Assembly (NCBI GenBank): GCA_002369235.1
Contig: DFFF01000024.1
Coordinates: forward strand, 6,586 to 70,585
Length of the DNA stretch: 64,000 bases
From: Verrucomicrobia bacterium UBA3783
GTDB taxonomy: Bacteria > Verrucomicrobiota > Kiritimatiellia > RFP12 > UBA1067
Direction: 5' to 3'
Part shown: positions 7,750 to 16,996 of the stretch, one piece after another
Position numbering within the stretch: position 1 is the stretch's first letter
Layout of the letters: each line of letters begins with the position of its first letter
Program-made: the position numbers and the translations under genes
The notes under the pieces: generated by a model
The model's database searches: none
What the model saw: only the letters and a program-made list of their open reading frames with translations
Told to the model about the DNA's origin: nothing

Positions 7750-8899
7750 TTTTCTGCCTTGGAATGGCGGCGAATTCCCTGATGGCGGCAATAACTTCCT
7801 CGACCGGCAACTCGTAATACATAGGCAGCCGGAGCAATGTGTCCGAGTAGCGGTCGCTCTCCGGCAGCGCACGGCCATCGTGCTTCTCCGCGTAAAACGG
7901 CGAGGAATGCAGCGAAAGATAATGGAAAACGCACAGTATACTGCGTTCGCGCATGAACTCCACAAACTTGGTGCGGTGCTCGAGCGAATCGAAAACCACA
8001 TAAAACATGTGCGCATTGTTGCACTGCGGAATGTCCGGGAGCCGGCAATGGAGCTTTTCCTGCAAAGGCTCGATGGCCGCACGGTATTTGTTCCAATGCT
8101 CGATGCGCTTGCTCTGGATGCGCTCGATATTCTCGATTTGCGCCCAGAGAAACGCCGACTGCAATTCTGAAGGCAAGAACGACGACCCGATGTCGACCCA
8201 GCCGTATTTATTCACCTCGCCGCGGAAGAATTGCGACCGGTTGGTGCCTTTTTCCCAGATGATCTCAGAACGGGCCATGAAGCGCTCGTCGTTGATTGTG
8301 AGCATTCCGCCCTCGCCTGCGATGATGTTTTTCGTCTCGTGGAACGAGAAGCATCCAAGATGGCCAATAGAGCCGAGCGGACGCCGCACACCGTCTTTGC
8401 CGGTGTAATAGGAATCTATGGCCTGGGCCGCATCCTCGACAACCAGAAGATTGTGGCGCTTGGCGATGTCCATTATCTCGTCCATCTCGCATGCGACACC
8501 GGCATAATGCACCGGCACGATCACTTTGGTGCGCGGAGTGACGAGCGCCTCGATTTTCGCCGTGTCGATATTGGGATTGTCGGCTCGGGAATCGGCAAAG
8601 ACGATTGTCGCGCCTTGGCGCACGAAAGCAAGCGCCGTGGAAACGAACGTGTATGACGGGATGATTACTTCATCCCCGGGACCAACGCCGGTCAATATTG
8701 CCGCCATCTCCAGCGCGTCGGTGCACGAAGATGTCAAAAGCGCTTTCTTGAAACCATACTTCTTCTCGAAAAACGCCTGGCATTTTTTGGTGAATATGCC
8801 ATTGCCGCAAATCTTGCCGCTCGCCACCGCCTCGGCGATGTACTCGGTCTCCCGACCGGACATATATGGTTTATTGAAAGGAATTCTGCTCTCGCCCAT
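7712..8899 (-). CDS. wecE: DegT/DnrJ/EryC1 aminotransferase, WecE-type dTDP-4-keto-6-deoxyhexose 4-aminotransferase
   Basis: 395 aa from the ATG at 8897-8899. PSYTFVSTALAFVRQGATIVFAD...VIVPVHYAGVACEMDEIMDIAKRHNLLVVEDAAQA...GCFSFHETKNIIAGEGG...EKGTNRSQFFRGEVNKYGWVDIGSSFLPSELQSAFLWAQ is near-colinear with recalled E. coli WecE. The 3' end overlaps the ORF6N start by 38 nt. Confidence 0.8.
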   Translation of the reverse strand: MGESRIPFNKPYMSGRETEYIAEAVASGKICGNGIFTKKCQAFFEKKYGFKKALLTSSCTDALEMAAILTGVGPGDEVIIPSYTFVSTALAFVRQGATIVFADSRADNPNIDTAKIEALVTPRTKVIVPVHYAGVACEMDEIMDIAKRHNLLVVEDAAQAIDSYYTGKDGVRRPLGSIGHLGCFSFHETKNIIAGEGGMLTINDERFMARSEIIWEKGTNRSQFFRGEVNKYGWVDIGSSFLPSELQSAFLWAQIENIERIQSKRIEHWNKYRAAIEPLQEKLHCRLPDIPQCNNAHMFYVVFDSLEHRTKFVEFMRERSILCVFHYLSLHSSPFYAEKHDGRALPESDRYSDTLLRLPMYYELPVEEVIAAIREFAAIPRQKNEKQVQYRADRS

Positions 8900-8928
8900 G
8901 ATTTTACCCTTTCGGATTGCCTGCGATT

Positions 8929-9732
8929 TCAATATTCTTTCCACACCCTGAAGCGCATGTTGGCGCAACCGGCATTTGCCGCCTCCAGCCTGTTTCCCAG
9001 CCAACGCCAGAGTTTGTACATCCATTTTATCTTGAGATTTTTCTTGCGCACTTCGCGCACCGGCAATACGCCCTTGACTGTGATGCCGTCCATGAAACTC
9101 CACTCATGCGTAGTGAGCTGGTTGTCATAGACCTGGTTTAGCTGCCGTTCGAATTTCGCCACGTGCACTTGTCCGCCGCAGATATCGTACATCGCACAGT
9201 GATCGGAAGCGAACTGGATATTTACGATTTCGATATCCGTCTTCGGGAAAACCTCAGTGAACGCGCGGTATATCGCCTCTATGTCCTTGTCTTCGCAAGT
9301 GAATCCGGTCGCCAGCACCAGCAAAACGTGTTCGGCATTTTCAATCGCCTTGTACATTCTGTCGATTCTGCGCCTGATGACTTTGTTTCCCCGTTCAAAG
9401 GTCGCACGGTCCGAGAAAGGCGGATTGAACGAATGGATATGCCGGTATCCTGTGGCCTTATCTTCAAGATTGAGCATCCATTCCTTGTATTCCGGATGCG
9501 GCGGCGCAAATTCAAACATGTTTTCATACCGGCAATGGTTCGCAAAACGCGTCCGCACAAGTTCCGGCAGCGCCAGCACCGGGCGAGTGTCCGTCATCCA
9601 AGTCCAATCAAGCGGATACGAGCATTTCCGCTTCCCGCGATGTTTCAGTTGCGACGCGGCGCTGCACGAACCGCCAAGGCTGATTACTTCATCATAATCC
9701 TTACGGTTGATCTTTATGACTTTATCGATCAT
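8929..9732 (-). CDS. DUF1796-like protein (putative papain-like peptidase family common in glycan loci)
   Basis: 267 aa from the ATG at 9730-9732, in an ATGA overlap with the upstream stop. VISLGGSCSAASQLKHRGKRKCSYPLDW fits the SLG-x-C...PFDW signature I recall for DUF1796. Confidence 0.5.
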   Translation of the reverse strand: MIDKVIKINRKDYDEVISLGGSCSAASQLKHRGKRKCSYPLDWTWMTDTRPVLALPELVRTRFANHCRYENMFEFAPPHPEYKEWMLNLEDKATGYRHIHSFNPPFSDRATFERGNKVIRRRIDRMYKAIENAEHVLLVLATGFTCEDKDIEAIYRAFTEVFPKTDIEIVNIQFASDHCAMYDICGGQVHVAKFERQLNQVYDNQLTTHEWSFMDGITVKGVLPVREVRKKNLKIKWMYKLWRWLGNRLEAANAGCANMRFRVWKEY

Positions 9733-10733
9733 TTCGCCCCGCCTCCGAAAAATACGGCAAAGAAGAGATATTCGATGTAATGCTTTGTGCCGATTATCTT
9801 TGCAGGCACCTTGCGGCAAAAGAGAAAATCACGGGCCATGTCGCCAAACTCCCGCCACACCGCACGGCGCGTCTTCCGGTCGTTAAGTTTGTTCAGCCGC
9901 TTGATCATGTGGAAAATGACTTTGATATGCGGCACGATCTGTTTCTCGAGAATCCGGGAAAATATCGCTTGTCCGCGCGCATCAACGGCTTTGCCGGCAT
10001 ACAAATCATAGACCTTGTCCCAACCGGCGTGCAATTCGTCTATCCATCCTTTGGGAATCGCTCTATGGATCATGGATCCTGCGATGTCGCCGTGGTAATA
10101 ATAAAGCGGAACTTCCTCCACGCCCCACCGCTTTGCTTTATTTACGAGATGGAAAACCCTTGAAACGTCATAGACGGTGCAGGGATACTCCCGCAGCAAC
10201 TCGCGCTTGCCGAATTGCGCCCATGCATCCGTATGGAGCTTCCCGGCCGCATCTCCAATCTCCGCGCCGGAATTTGTCTCGTTGTCGATCACCACGAGCG
10301 GCACGGAAGCAAAATCGCCAAGCGGCGCCAAACGCTCTTTGGCGTTTATCGAACCAAACTCGTGGAGTATCTTGAGATAGTCGAGGTTGTGCGTCTTGCA
10401 CGCCCAAAGTGCATACTCCAGAAATTGCGGATGCAGATAATCGTCCTGGTCGCATACGTAAACATACTCGCCTTGAGCCTGCTCAATACCGACTTCGCGC
10501 GTTTTCATCACGCCTTGGTTGGCCTTGTGGATTACCCTTATGCGCTTGTCGGCGGCGGCATATTCGTCAGCCAATCTCGCAGTGACTCCCCCATCGGTAG
10601 AACCGTCGTCCATGAGAATCAACTCGAAATCCTTCTCGGTTTGGGCGAGTATCGAGTCCACGGCTATCCGCAACAATTCTCCGGCATTGTAGACCGGGAT
10701 GACAATCGAAACCTTAGGCATGGATACCTCCAT
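9729..10733 (-). CDS. Glycosyltransferase family 2 (GT-A)
   Basis: VSIVIPVYNAGELLRIAVDSILAQTEKDFELILMDDGSTDG is the GT2 signature. The ATG at 10719-10721 (GGAGG 5 nt upstream) may be the true start rather than 10733. Confidence 0.85.
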   Translation of the reverse strand: MEVSMPKVSIVIPVYNAGELLRIAVDSILAQTEKDFELILMDDGSTDGGVTARLADEYAAADKRIRVIHKANQGVMKTREVGIEQAQGEYVYVCDQDDYLHPQFLEYALWACKTHNLDYLKILHEFGSINAKERLAPLGDFASVPLVVIDNETNSGAEIGDAAGKLHTDAWAQFGKRELLREYPCTVYDVSRVFHLVNKAKRWGVEEVPLYYYHGDIAGSMIHRAIPKGWIDELHAGWDKVYDLYAGKAVDARGQAIFSRILEKQIVPHIKVIFHMIKRLNKLNDRKTRRAVWREFGDMARDFLFCRKVPAKIIGTKHYIEYLFFAVFFGGGAK

Positions 10734-13218
10734 TTCCTGTTATATTGTTGATGTCGTCATCATTGAGCTGCGAAACCGACATATTGGTTCCATCCCGGTC
10801 CAGCACCTTGATGCGGCTGTATACAAATTCACAGAACGCGCGAACATCTTTCCTTTCCGGAACAAGCGCGACGAATTCTGCAACCCGTTGGCGGATATCG
10901 CCGGTCGCGGGAATCTCATCTCCTTCTTTGTGAATTTTGGTCGACGAGACAACGCGCGGGTCGGCCGCAACTTCGTCGAACCCTTCAAAGGTTGCAATCG
11001 TCCCCGGATGCGATGCGATCGAAAGTATGACGCATGTTTTTCCGGCATAATCGTACACTTTCTCTGGCGATGAAAAAGTTGTTGCGGCATCGCCGGTAAG
11101 GGCAAAACGAATGCAAGAGGAAATACTGTCGAATCCAGTCGCTTTCTCGAGCGCCAAGTCAAAATCGCTGCCGGGGAAGCGAAGACCGGGGTCGTAAAGA
11201 TAAATTCTTCCATCCTCCCAAAAGCCCTGGCAAAAGACGGCCCCAAAACGTATCCCAAGTGTTTTGATCATCGCCTTGATCTTTATATCGGAATACGTCA
11301 GGAATTTCCCGGTGTTGACCGAAGGCAAGACGGTTGATATTTGCTGCCGGTCGAGATTGTCGCAAGCCTTGCCCAGATACCTATCGCCGATTTTGACAAG
11401 ATACGGTTCGCCAGCAACAACAATATATGCTAGCGCCATATCCTGACAACCTCCCATGTGACGCTCTATGATGATGTTGCCGTCAACCGATGTCTCCCTC
11501 GCCAACGGAATGGCGGCAAGGACTTCGTCTTTGTTCCGGCAAACGCTCTGTCCGCGCGATCCGCGACTCATCGACGGTTTTACCACAACGGGGTAGCGCA
11601 CCTTGCCGCTTTCCAAGTCTTCCTTGGTGTATTCTGGGATTACGTCCACATCGCACTTGCGGCAAAAATCCTTGAACTTGCGCTTGTCCGTGAGTATCTC
11701 GAATTGTTCGCGCGTTCCGAAGCACGGCAATCCCAGACTCTCGGCTACTTGTTGATATGGATGCTGCGCGGTATCTATGCAATAGTTGAGAACGCCATCT
11801 ATATGCTCTGCTTTGCATTTCTCCACCACGGCGTCAATATCCATCGTACTGACCATCCACGCCTCGTCGGCGATTTTCTTGGCTGGAGCGTCATCAAACG
11901 AAAGAAAGTCCGTAACGATTGCGTGCACACCCAATTTCCTTGCGGCACGAACAACCTTTTGATGCAAAGCGACCCCGGAGATTATCAAAAGCCGCTTGCC
12001 GGTCAAATCCATAGGGCATGGCGTTGTCGCATCGCCCATTCCCATTTCCTTTTCCAGATTGCAAATGCGATGGTCTGCTTTGTAGATGACATACCCGTCG
12101 CGATCGGCAGAGCAGAGCAACTCAGGCTTTATTTCGTTTCCGGTTATTTCCGCACGCACGCACCAAGGCTCCTTCTCCGCCTTGCCGGACTCCAGAATCT
12201 TGCGCACTTCCGGCGTGACGACCGAGGAGAAAAGCACGCCCGAACATCCGGCATCTCTTAGAATCGGCTCATCGAATTCGCCCAGCGCACACTGGATCAC
12301 ACCATGCACAAAATCATATCCTGTAGAAAGTTTCACCAAATCAGAACCGATAAAATCGCCGCCCATTCGCGCACCTACTTCCGTAATGAACAATCTTCCT
12401 TCCCGGTCGATCATCATTTCTGTATGGGTAGCCCCGATCGTCACGCCCAACGCCGATACCGCTCTGCGTGCGCAGTCGATCGCCCTAGTCTTCATCTCCC
12501 CGTCCCAATCCGCCGGTTCATGGTGCGCCAATTCCACAAAATGCGGGTTTCTGGTAGTAACTTTGTCAGTAATGGCCAACGGGTAATACTTACCGGCGAA
12601 AGAAATCCCTTCTACAGAAATTTCCCTCGCATCTTCTATGAACTCTTCCACCACCGCCGAACCTGAAAGAGAGCACTCCAGCGCCGTTTTTATTGCCGCT
12701 TCAAGTTCCGCCCGGGTTTCGCATTTGGTCACGCCAAGGCTGCCGGATCTGTCGCTCGGTTTGGCGATCAAGGGAAACCGCATTCTAGACAGTTTTCTTT
12801 TTATCGCCTCTACATCGTCGCTCAAACATATCTCCGCCGACGCCGGAATATCCAGCCCGCCAACTTTCAGCGCCTGGCGCATCGCATTTTTGTTGGTGCA
12901 CCTGAAGGCCGTTTCCTCCGTATTGCCCGGCAATCCCATTGCCTTGGCCACATAGGCGATGGTAGGAACCGCAACATCCGAAGCGATCGAGGTTATGCCG
13001 TCAATCTTCTCAGCTTGGCATGCCGCCAGGATTTTTTCTTTCTCGACAATCGAAAAAGGATAAAACCTGTCGCAAACATCCTTGCATACCGCCCCTTCCG
13101 GCCATGAAAAACAGACCGTGCGGAGACCCATCGCTTTCGCCCGCTTCACCAGCGGCAGTTGCAGATAACTGGCGCCGACTATCGCCAATGTCCGCTTTTC
13201 CTTATCACTTTCCTTCAT
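10714..13218 (-). CDS. Fusion of two ATP-grasp ligase modules (tandem ATP-grasp protein)
   Basis: About 834 aa from the ATG at 13216-13218 (the ORF track starts at TTG 13227). There are two successive pre-ATP-grasp + ATP-grasp units. Each opens with a Rossmann-like K(R)xLxI(V/I)G... segment (KRTLAIVGASYLQLPLVKRAKAMG and GKRLLIISGVALHQKVVRAARKLG) followed by substrate/ATP-grasp regions. Confidence 0.7.
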   Translation of the reverse strand: MKESDKEKRTLAIVGASYLQLPLVKRAKAMGLRTVCFSWPEGAVCKDVCDRFYPFSIVEKEKILAACQAEKIDGITSIASDVAVPTIAYVAKAMGLPGNTEETAFRCTNKNAMRQALKVGGLDIPASAEICLSDDVEAIKRKLSRMRFPLIAKPSDRSGSLGVTKCETRAELEAAIKTALECSLSGSAVVEEFIEDAREISVEGISFAGKYYPLAITDKVTTRNPHFVELAHHEPADWDGEMKTRAIDCARRAVSALGVTIGATHTEMMIDREGRLFITEVGARMGGDFIGSDLVKLSTGYDFVHGVIQCALGEFDEPILRDAGCSGVLFSSVVTPEVRKILESGKAEKEPWCVRAEITGNEIKPELLCSADRDGYVIYKADHRICNLEKEMGMGDATTPCPMDLTGKRLLIISGVALHQKVVRAARKLGVHAIVTDFLSFDDAPAKKIADEAWMVSTMDIDAVVEKCKAEHIDGVLNYCIDTAQHPYQQVAESLGLPCFGTREQFEILTDKRKFKDFCRKCDVDVIPEYTKEDLESGKVRYPVVVKPSMSRGSRGQSVCRNKDEVLAAIPLARETSVDGNIIIERHMGGCQDMALAYIVVAGEPYLVKIGDRYLGKACDNLDRQQISTVLPSVNTGKFLTYSDIKIKAMIKTLGIRFGAVFCQGFWEDGRIYLYDPGLRFPGSDFDLALEKATGFDSISSCIRFALTGDAATTFSSPEKVYDYAGKTCVILSIASHPGTIATFEGFDEVAADPRVVSSTKIHKEGDEIPATGDIRQRVAEFVALVPERKDVRAFCEFVYSRIKVLDRDGTNMSVSQLNDDDINNITGNGGIHA

Positions 13219-13320
13219 GGAAAACAATCTCTTTGCGCTTCCACACCCTTATCCCGCATACAAGAAATCTGCATGTTTCCGCTCGCCCTCTCCCGCGGCT
13301 CATTTTGCCGCCCGGCCAAA
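13205..13320 (-). pseudogene. Gene-remnant scar: start region of an acetyltransferase-like gene joined to the 3' end of a GT8-like gene (32-codon chimeric mini-ORF)
   Basis: 13299-13320 is identical to 14206-14227 (the RBS/ATG region of the 13362-14210 gene). 13231-13265 equals 14409-14443 with one mismatch (the last codons of the GT8 gene, ...LVCGIRVWKRK). The mini-ORF MSRGRGRAETCRFLVCGIRVWKRKEIVFHEGK runs from 13303 to 13205. Confidence 0.45.
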
Positions 13321-13361
13321 TTCGCTTTTCAATTCTTCGGTCAGGTATCCGTCGCTCATGC

Positions 13362-14210
13362 CTAGACACTCCGCTCCGAATCATGACGCACGCGCCTTTT
13401 ATGCATCACCCAGACACCGAGGATCTTCACCCGGAAAAACCGCTTCGAGAATTCGAAATGAAAGAGCCGTCCAAAGGCATAGGGGGCGAGGTCCGCCGCC
13501 ACGATCTTTCTCGGCAGGTAGGGCCGCACCACGCCGCCTGCGATCCTAGCCCTTATTGCCGCTATCGCGCCTTTCGCGTCGCTCCAATCGACTTTGCCGA
13601 AGTCTGCAATATCGTACCGCCACCACCGAAGATCAAGAAGTTCTTTTACCGTCTCTTCGTCGAAACGGTATTTGATGATGCGTGCGGGTACGCCGCCCAC
13701 GATTGCATATGGTGGCACGTCTTTCACGACCACCGCCCCCGCCGCGACAATGGCGCCGTCGCCGATCTTTACGCCCGACATAATGATTGTGCGGTCGCCC
13801 ACCCATACGTCATTGCCAATCTCGACATGGCCGGATTCGCCTGTCCAAGGGATGGTAGAAACTCCTTTTCCGTTCCCGGCAAAATATTTTGGAAAATACT
13901 GGCGCGGCGTAATTGAAAGCCAATTGATCGGGTGGTTGGGCAGGCCTATGTCAACATGCTTCGCAATTGAACAATATCGGCCGACTGTCGCATTTCTAAT
14001 CCGCCCATCGCCTATATCGCCGTCGAATGAAGTGAACGCACCGACCTTTATCTCCGTTTTGCAGTTGACGGCCCCGGTGATCTTGCATGGCGGCTCGAAC
14101 TCGCATGACTTGGATATGCGCGTCTTGCCTTTAGGAAACCATACGCCAAGACCGCGCTTCAACAAATCGACGGCCCTGCCGCTCAACCGCAATACAACAT
14201 ATTTGCTCAT
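13362..14210 (-). CDS. Hexapeptide-repeat (left-handed beta-helix) acetyltransferase, XAT/CatB/Vat class
   Basis: The signature [56 protein letters not shown] is present; 282 aa. Confidence 0.8.
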   Translation of the reverse strand: MSKYVVLRLSGRAVDLLKRGLGVWFPKGKTRISKSCEFEPPCKITGAVNCKTEIKVGAFTSFDGDIGDGRIRNATVGRYCSIAKHVDIGLPNHPINWLSITPRQYFPKYFAGNGKGVSTIPWTGESGHVEIGNDVWVGDRTIIMSGVKIGDGAIVAAGAVVVKDVPPYAIVGGVPARIIKYRFDEETVKELLDLRWWRYDIADFGKVDWSDAKGAIAAIRARIAGGVVRPYLPRKIVAADLAPYAFGRLFHFEFSKRFFRVKILGVWVMHKRRVRHDSERSV

Positions 14211-14343
14211 TTTGCCGCCCGGCCAAAGGCGAATTCCAGTTCTCTATTGCTATCTACCACCTTGCCTCGCGCTTTTGCGTCAGGCAAGTGCATGTTGGCA
14301 TCAATCCCAGAACCCGCTTGCAATTTACTCATTCCACCCGCGC

Positions 14344-14352
14344 ATTATACCA
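14344..14352 (-). promoter_or_regulatory. Extended -10 element TGGTATAAT upstream of the acetyltransferase gene
   Basis: The minus strand reads GAAAATATGGTATAATGCG, about 134 nt upstream of the ATG at 14210. It matches the recurrent motif. Confidence 0.4.
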
Positions 14353-14400
14353 TATTTTCAACTGTTTTGTCTACACAAAAAACCAGCCCGAAAGGGAAAG

Positions 14401-15324
14401 TCAAGCCGCTTTGCGCTTCCACACCCTTATCCCGCACACAAGATACCTTGTCATGCGGTTTTTAGTGTATTTGAAAAAGAAAAAGCCTTTGATGTGCCCC
14501 CAGACAAAGCGCAGAGCGTTTCCTTTGTAGGGCGTCTTCAGGAGATACTTCAGATATGGAATCCAGGTGATGTTTTTCCAGAGGTTGCACCACGGTTTCT
14601 GCGTCTGGCATACAAAATGCCATATCCTCACATCCCGGCGCAGCGGATTGTAGCCGGTCACACCGTTCCAGATTTCGCTTATCTCCTTGATCCGCCCCTC
14701 GCACACCAGATTTATGACATCCAGATCCGGGAAAGCAAGCTTGCCGCCGGTCGCCAATGTCGTTTCCCGGCACTTGCGGACGAAATCGAATTCTCTCAGG
14801 CCTTCCAGATCCATCACCAAAAAGCCGTTGAAGTAGTATGGCGAGGAAGGATTGAAGCCAAATTGCGCAAGCACCTCCTCACGATACGCGGTTTTTTCGC
14901 CTGCGTAGTTGCGCACCATCCCGATCAACTTGCCATCAAGATCAAGTTCTTTGAGACCTTTAAGCGGCATCCGGCAGAGAACATCCACATCCGAATAGAC
15001 GGTGCGCTTTTCATCCTTCAAAATATCCGGCAGGAAATACCTGAGAAACGCATCCACCGTGACATGCGCCAAAGTGGGCGGCATCTTGAATCCGGCAATC
15101 GCCGACTCGTCGACCTTGTGAAAGACAAGGCGGTGATTCTTGTACATCTGCTCCAAACGGCGCAATCTCGCCTCGGTCCCGGACGTTATATTGCGGTGGA
15201 CGACATGAAAGACGAACTTTTCATCGGGATTGTTGACGAGTATCGACGCGATCACCACCGCCAAATGCTGCGCGTAGTTGTCGGAAATGCAGAAAGAGAA
15301 CGAGAACTCGCCGTTCATTGCCAT
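14401..15324 (-). CDS. Glycosyltransferase family 8 (LPS/glycan alpha-hexosyltransferase type)
   Basis: FCISDNYAQHLAVVIASILVNN..., a DxD in YSDVDVLC, and ...FNGFLVMDL are typical GT8 blocks; 307 aa. Confidence 0.8.
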   Translation of the reverse strand: MAMNGEFSFSFCISDNYAQHLAVVIASILVNNPDEKFVFHVVHRNITSGTEARLRRLEQMYKNHRLVFHKVDESAIAGFKMPPTLAHVTVDAFLRYFLPDILKDEKRTVYSDVDVLCRMPLKGLKELDLDGKLIGMVRNYAGEKTAYREEVLAQFGFNPSSPYYFNGFLVMDLEGLREFDFVRKCRETTLATGGKLAFPDLDVINLVCEGRIKEISEIWNGVTGYNPLRRDVRIWHFVCQTQKPWCNLWKNITWIPYLKYLLKTPYKGNALRFVWGHIKGFFFFKYTKNRMTRYLVCGIRVWKRKAA

Positions 15325-15328
15325 CCCT

Positions 15329-16165
15329 TCATACCTTGCCTGTCCGCCTTGAAAGCCGCCCCAGGCGGCGGTTTATGGTCTCGCGCTTCGCGCCACCGGC
15401 GAAAAGCCGCTGAATGCGCAAACTCGCCTTGTAGCATCCCAGCGTCAGCCGCTCGCGCAAATCCGGCGGCAGCCGCGCCACCGTCTTTCCGCGCATCTCC
15501 GCCAGCCGCTGCTCCGCGCAGTCGCGCTCCGGCGACGGCGGCAAACACGCAAGCGCCTTCAAAAACGCCCCCGCATCGTCCCAGGCGCCAAGCCCGGCTT
15601 CGTCCTCAATGCCGAATGTGCAATAGTGGTATTTGGGATTGTTCTTCAAATACTTGTCCCGCTGCGGTCTTGCGGCATCTACGGCAAACTGGAAATCGAA
15701 AAGCCGCAAATGTCCGTCCGCCCCGCAAGTCATGTTCCAGATGCTCACGTCGCGATGCGCAATCCCGGCTTTCCCCAGGGCTTCCGCCATGCGAACCATG
15801 TCGGCGGCAAACCATGGCCGCGATTTTCCCTCCGGAAGCAGCTGTTTAAGCTCCGGTCCCGGCAGCAGTTCCTGTATCTGGAAAGCTTTTGTCCCGTCTG
15901 GCGACATCCAGAATCCCAGCGGCCTCGGACAGACATCCGGATCTGCGGCACGGCACCGCTCCAGCATCTTATGCTCGTTTACCAGCGAATCCGGCGCGAC
16001 CGATGAACACTTCACCAGCACCGCCACGCCATTCTGCTTGCCAACGTAGAAGGCGTCGTTTATGAGTTTGTTGAAGTCCTGCCAGCGCAAATCCGCAAGC
16101 CCGAATTTCCCGCCCTCGCGCGCCAGAATCGCGTCCCATCCGTCTTTGGACATGCGCCGGGTCAT
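15329..16165 (-). CDS. Protein-kinase-fold enzyme, LPS/sugar kinase-like
   Basis: It has a catalytic-loop-like IAHRDVSIWNM and a DFG-like LRLFDFQFA. It is 278 aa and lies within the glycan locus. Confidence 0.6.
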   Translation of the reverse strand: MTRRMSKDGWDAILAREGGKFGLADLRWQDFNKLINDAFYVGKQNGVAVLVKCSSVAPDSLVNEHKMLERCRAADPDVCPRPLGFWMSPDGTKAFQIQELLPGPELKQLLPEGKSRPWFAADMVRMAEALGKAGIAHRDVSIWNMTCGADGHLRLFDFQFAVDAARPQRDKYLKNNPKYHYCTFGIEDEAGLGAWDDAGAFLKALACLPPSPERDCAEQRLAEMRGKTVARLPPDLRERLTLGCYKASLRIQRLFAGGAKRETINRRLGRLSRRTGKV

Positions 16166-16173
16166 GCGAGGTC

Positions 16174-16863
16174 CTATTCCCGTTCAATGCCGCAATCGCG
16201 CATGAAGCGGAGGAAGCGGCGGCGGACCTTGGATCTGGTGAACGCGGGAATCGAGTCGATCGGGATGAGCATTCGGGTCGCCGGCTCGAAATCGGTGATG
16301 CGCAGCCGGAAATCGCCGTCCGGCAGATCCTGCACGAGCACATTCTGGGGATCGAAGAATCTGACGGTATTCTCCACCAGCGCATCCACGAGAGAGTTCA
16401 AGGCGGCGAAAAGCCGCTCGCGCTTTGCACCGTCCGAGACCATCCACTCTTCGGCGAATCTGCGCGGCGCCGAGCCGTCGGCGTTGACCACCGCTTCTTC
16501 GATTGTCGCCCAGCCGCGCGAAGGCAGATCCACCATCTCCATCGTCGAAGGAAACGCCGCCATCAACTCTCCGGGCAGACGCGCCTTGAGCTTGAGATAG
16601 TAGCGGTATTCCTGACAGCCGGTGTTGCGCTTTTCATCGGACCGGCAACGCCGTATTTCATTCACGACCGTGGGCAAAAGCGGCTTGCTGCGCACCGTGC
16701 CCGGATATTTGCCTTCGGCTATTTCCGCTTCGCTGCGGTAGCATTTGAGGCAAAGTCCGCCGCCCGGCAGGATATAGCAAGCCCTCCGCGTACCGATCCC
16801 GATCCGCTTCAGCCCGCCCGCCGCGAGCATGCGCTCTATCGCTTCGCTATCCGGCGTCTCCAT
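16174..16863 (-). CDS. YrbL-family (PhoP-network, kinase-like fold) protein
   Basis: 229 aa from the ATG at 16861-16863; the ORF-track extension to 16896 would overlap the tRNA. GIGTRRACYILP...CLKCY, EYRYYLKLKARL, DPQNVLV and RMLIPID...RRRFLRF parallel recalled E. coli YrbL blocks. Confidence 0.55.
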   Translation of the reverse strand: METPDSEAIERMLAAGGLKRIGIGTRRACYILPGGGLCLKCYRSEAEIAEGKYPGTVRSKPLLPTVVNEIRRCRSDEKRNTGCQEYRYYLKLKARLPGELMAAFPSTMEMVDLPSRGWATIEEAVVNADGSAPRRFAEEWMVSDGAKRERLFAALNSLVDALVENTVRFFDPQNVLVQDLPDGDFRLRITDFEPATRMLIPIDSIPAFTRSKVRRRFLRFMRDCGIERE

Positions 16864-16868
16864 GAAAC

Positions 16869-16945
16869 TGGCGGTCCTGGCGGGACTCGAACCCACTACC
16901 CGCTGCTTAGAAGGCAGCTGCTCTGTCCAGATGAGCTACAGGACC
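16869..16945 (-). tRNA. tRNA-Arg (anticodon UCU)
   Basis: The reverse complement GGTCCTGTAGCTCATCTGGACAGAGCAGCTGCCTTCTAAGCAGCGGGTAGTGGGTTCGAGTCCCGCCAGGACCGCCA folds as a cloverleaf. It has a 7-bp acceptor, a GCTC/GAGC D stem, a GCTGC/GCAGC anticodon stem with loop CTTCTAA, a TTCGAGT T-loop and an encoded CCA. Confidence 0.95.
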
Positions 16946-16953
16946 ATAAAGAA

Positions 16954-16980
16954 CTCTGCCGCCGGAAAGTGGCGGCAGAG
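16954..16980 (-). terminator. Rho-independent terminator after the bS22-like gene
   Basis: A perfect 10-bp stem (CTCTGCCGCC / GGCGGCAGAG) with a 7-nt loop is followed on the minus strand by TTCTTTAT. It starts 17 nt after the TAA at 16997-16999. Confidence 0.7.
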
Positions 16981-16996
16981 TATTGCTGCAAGCTGC

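Noticed and set aside
14380-14400. Possible terminator after the GT8 gene (CCC-GAAA-GGG followed by a T-run on the minus strand)
   Set aside because: The stem is only 3-4 bp, which is too weak to call.
6060-16945. Integrase or att-site evidence for the glycan island
   Set aside because: No integrase, transposase or direct repeat of the tRNA-Arg 3' end could be found by eye. The island status therefore remains an inference from context and composition only.
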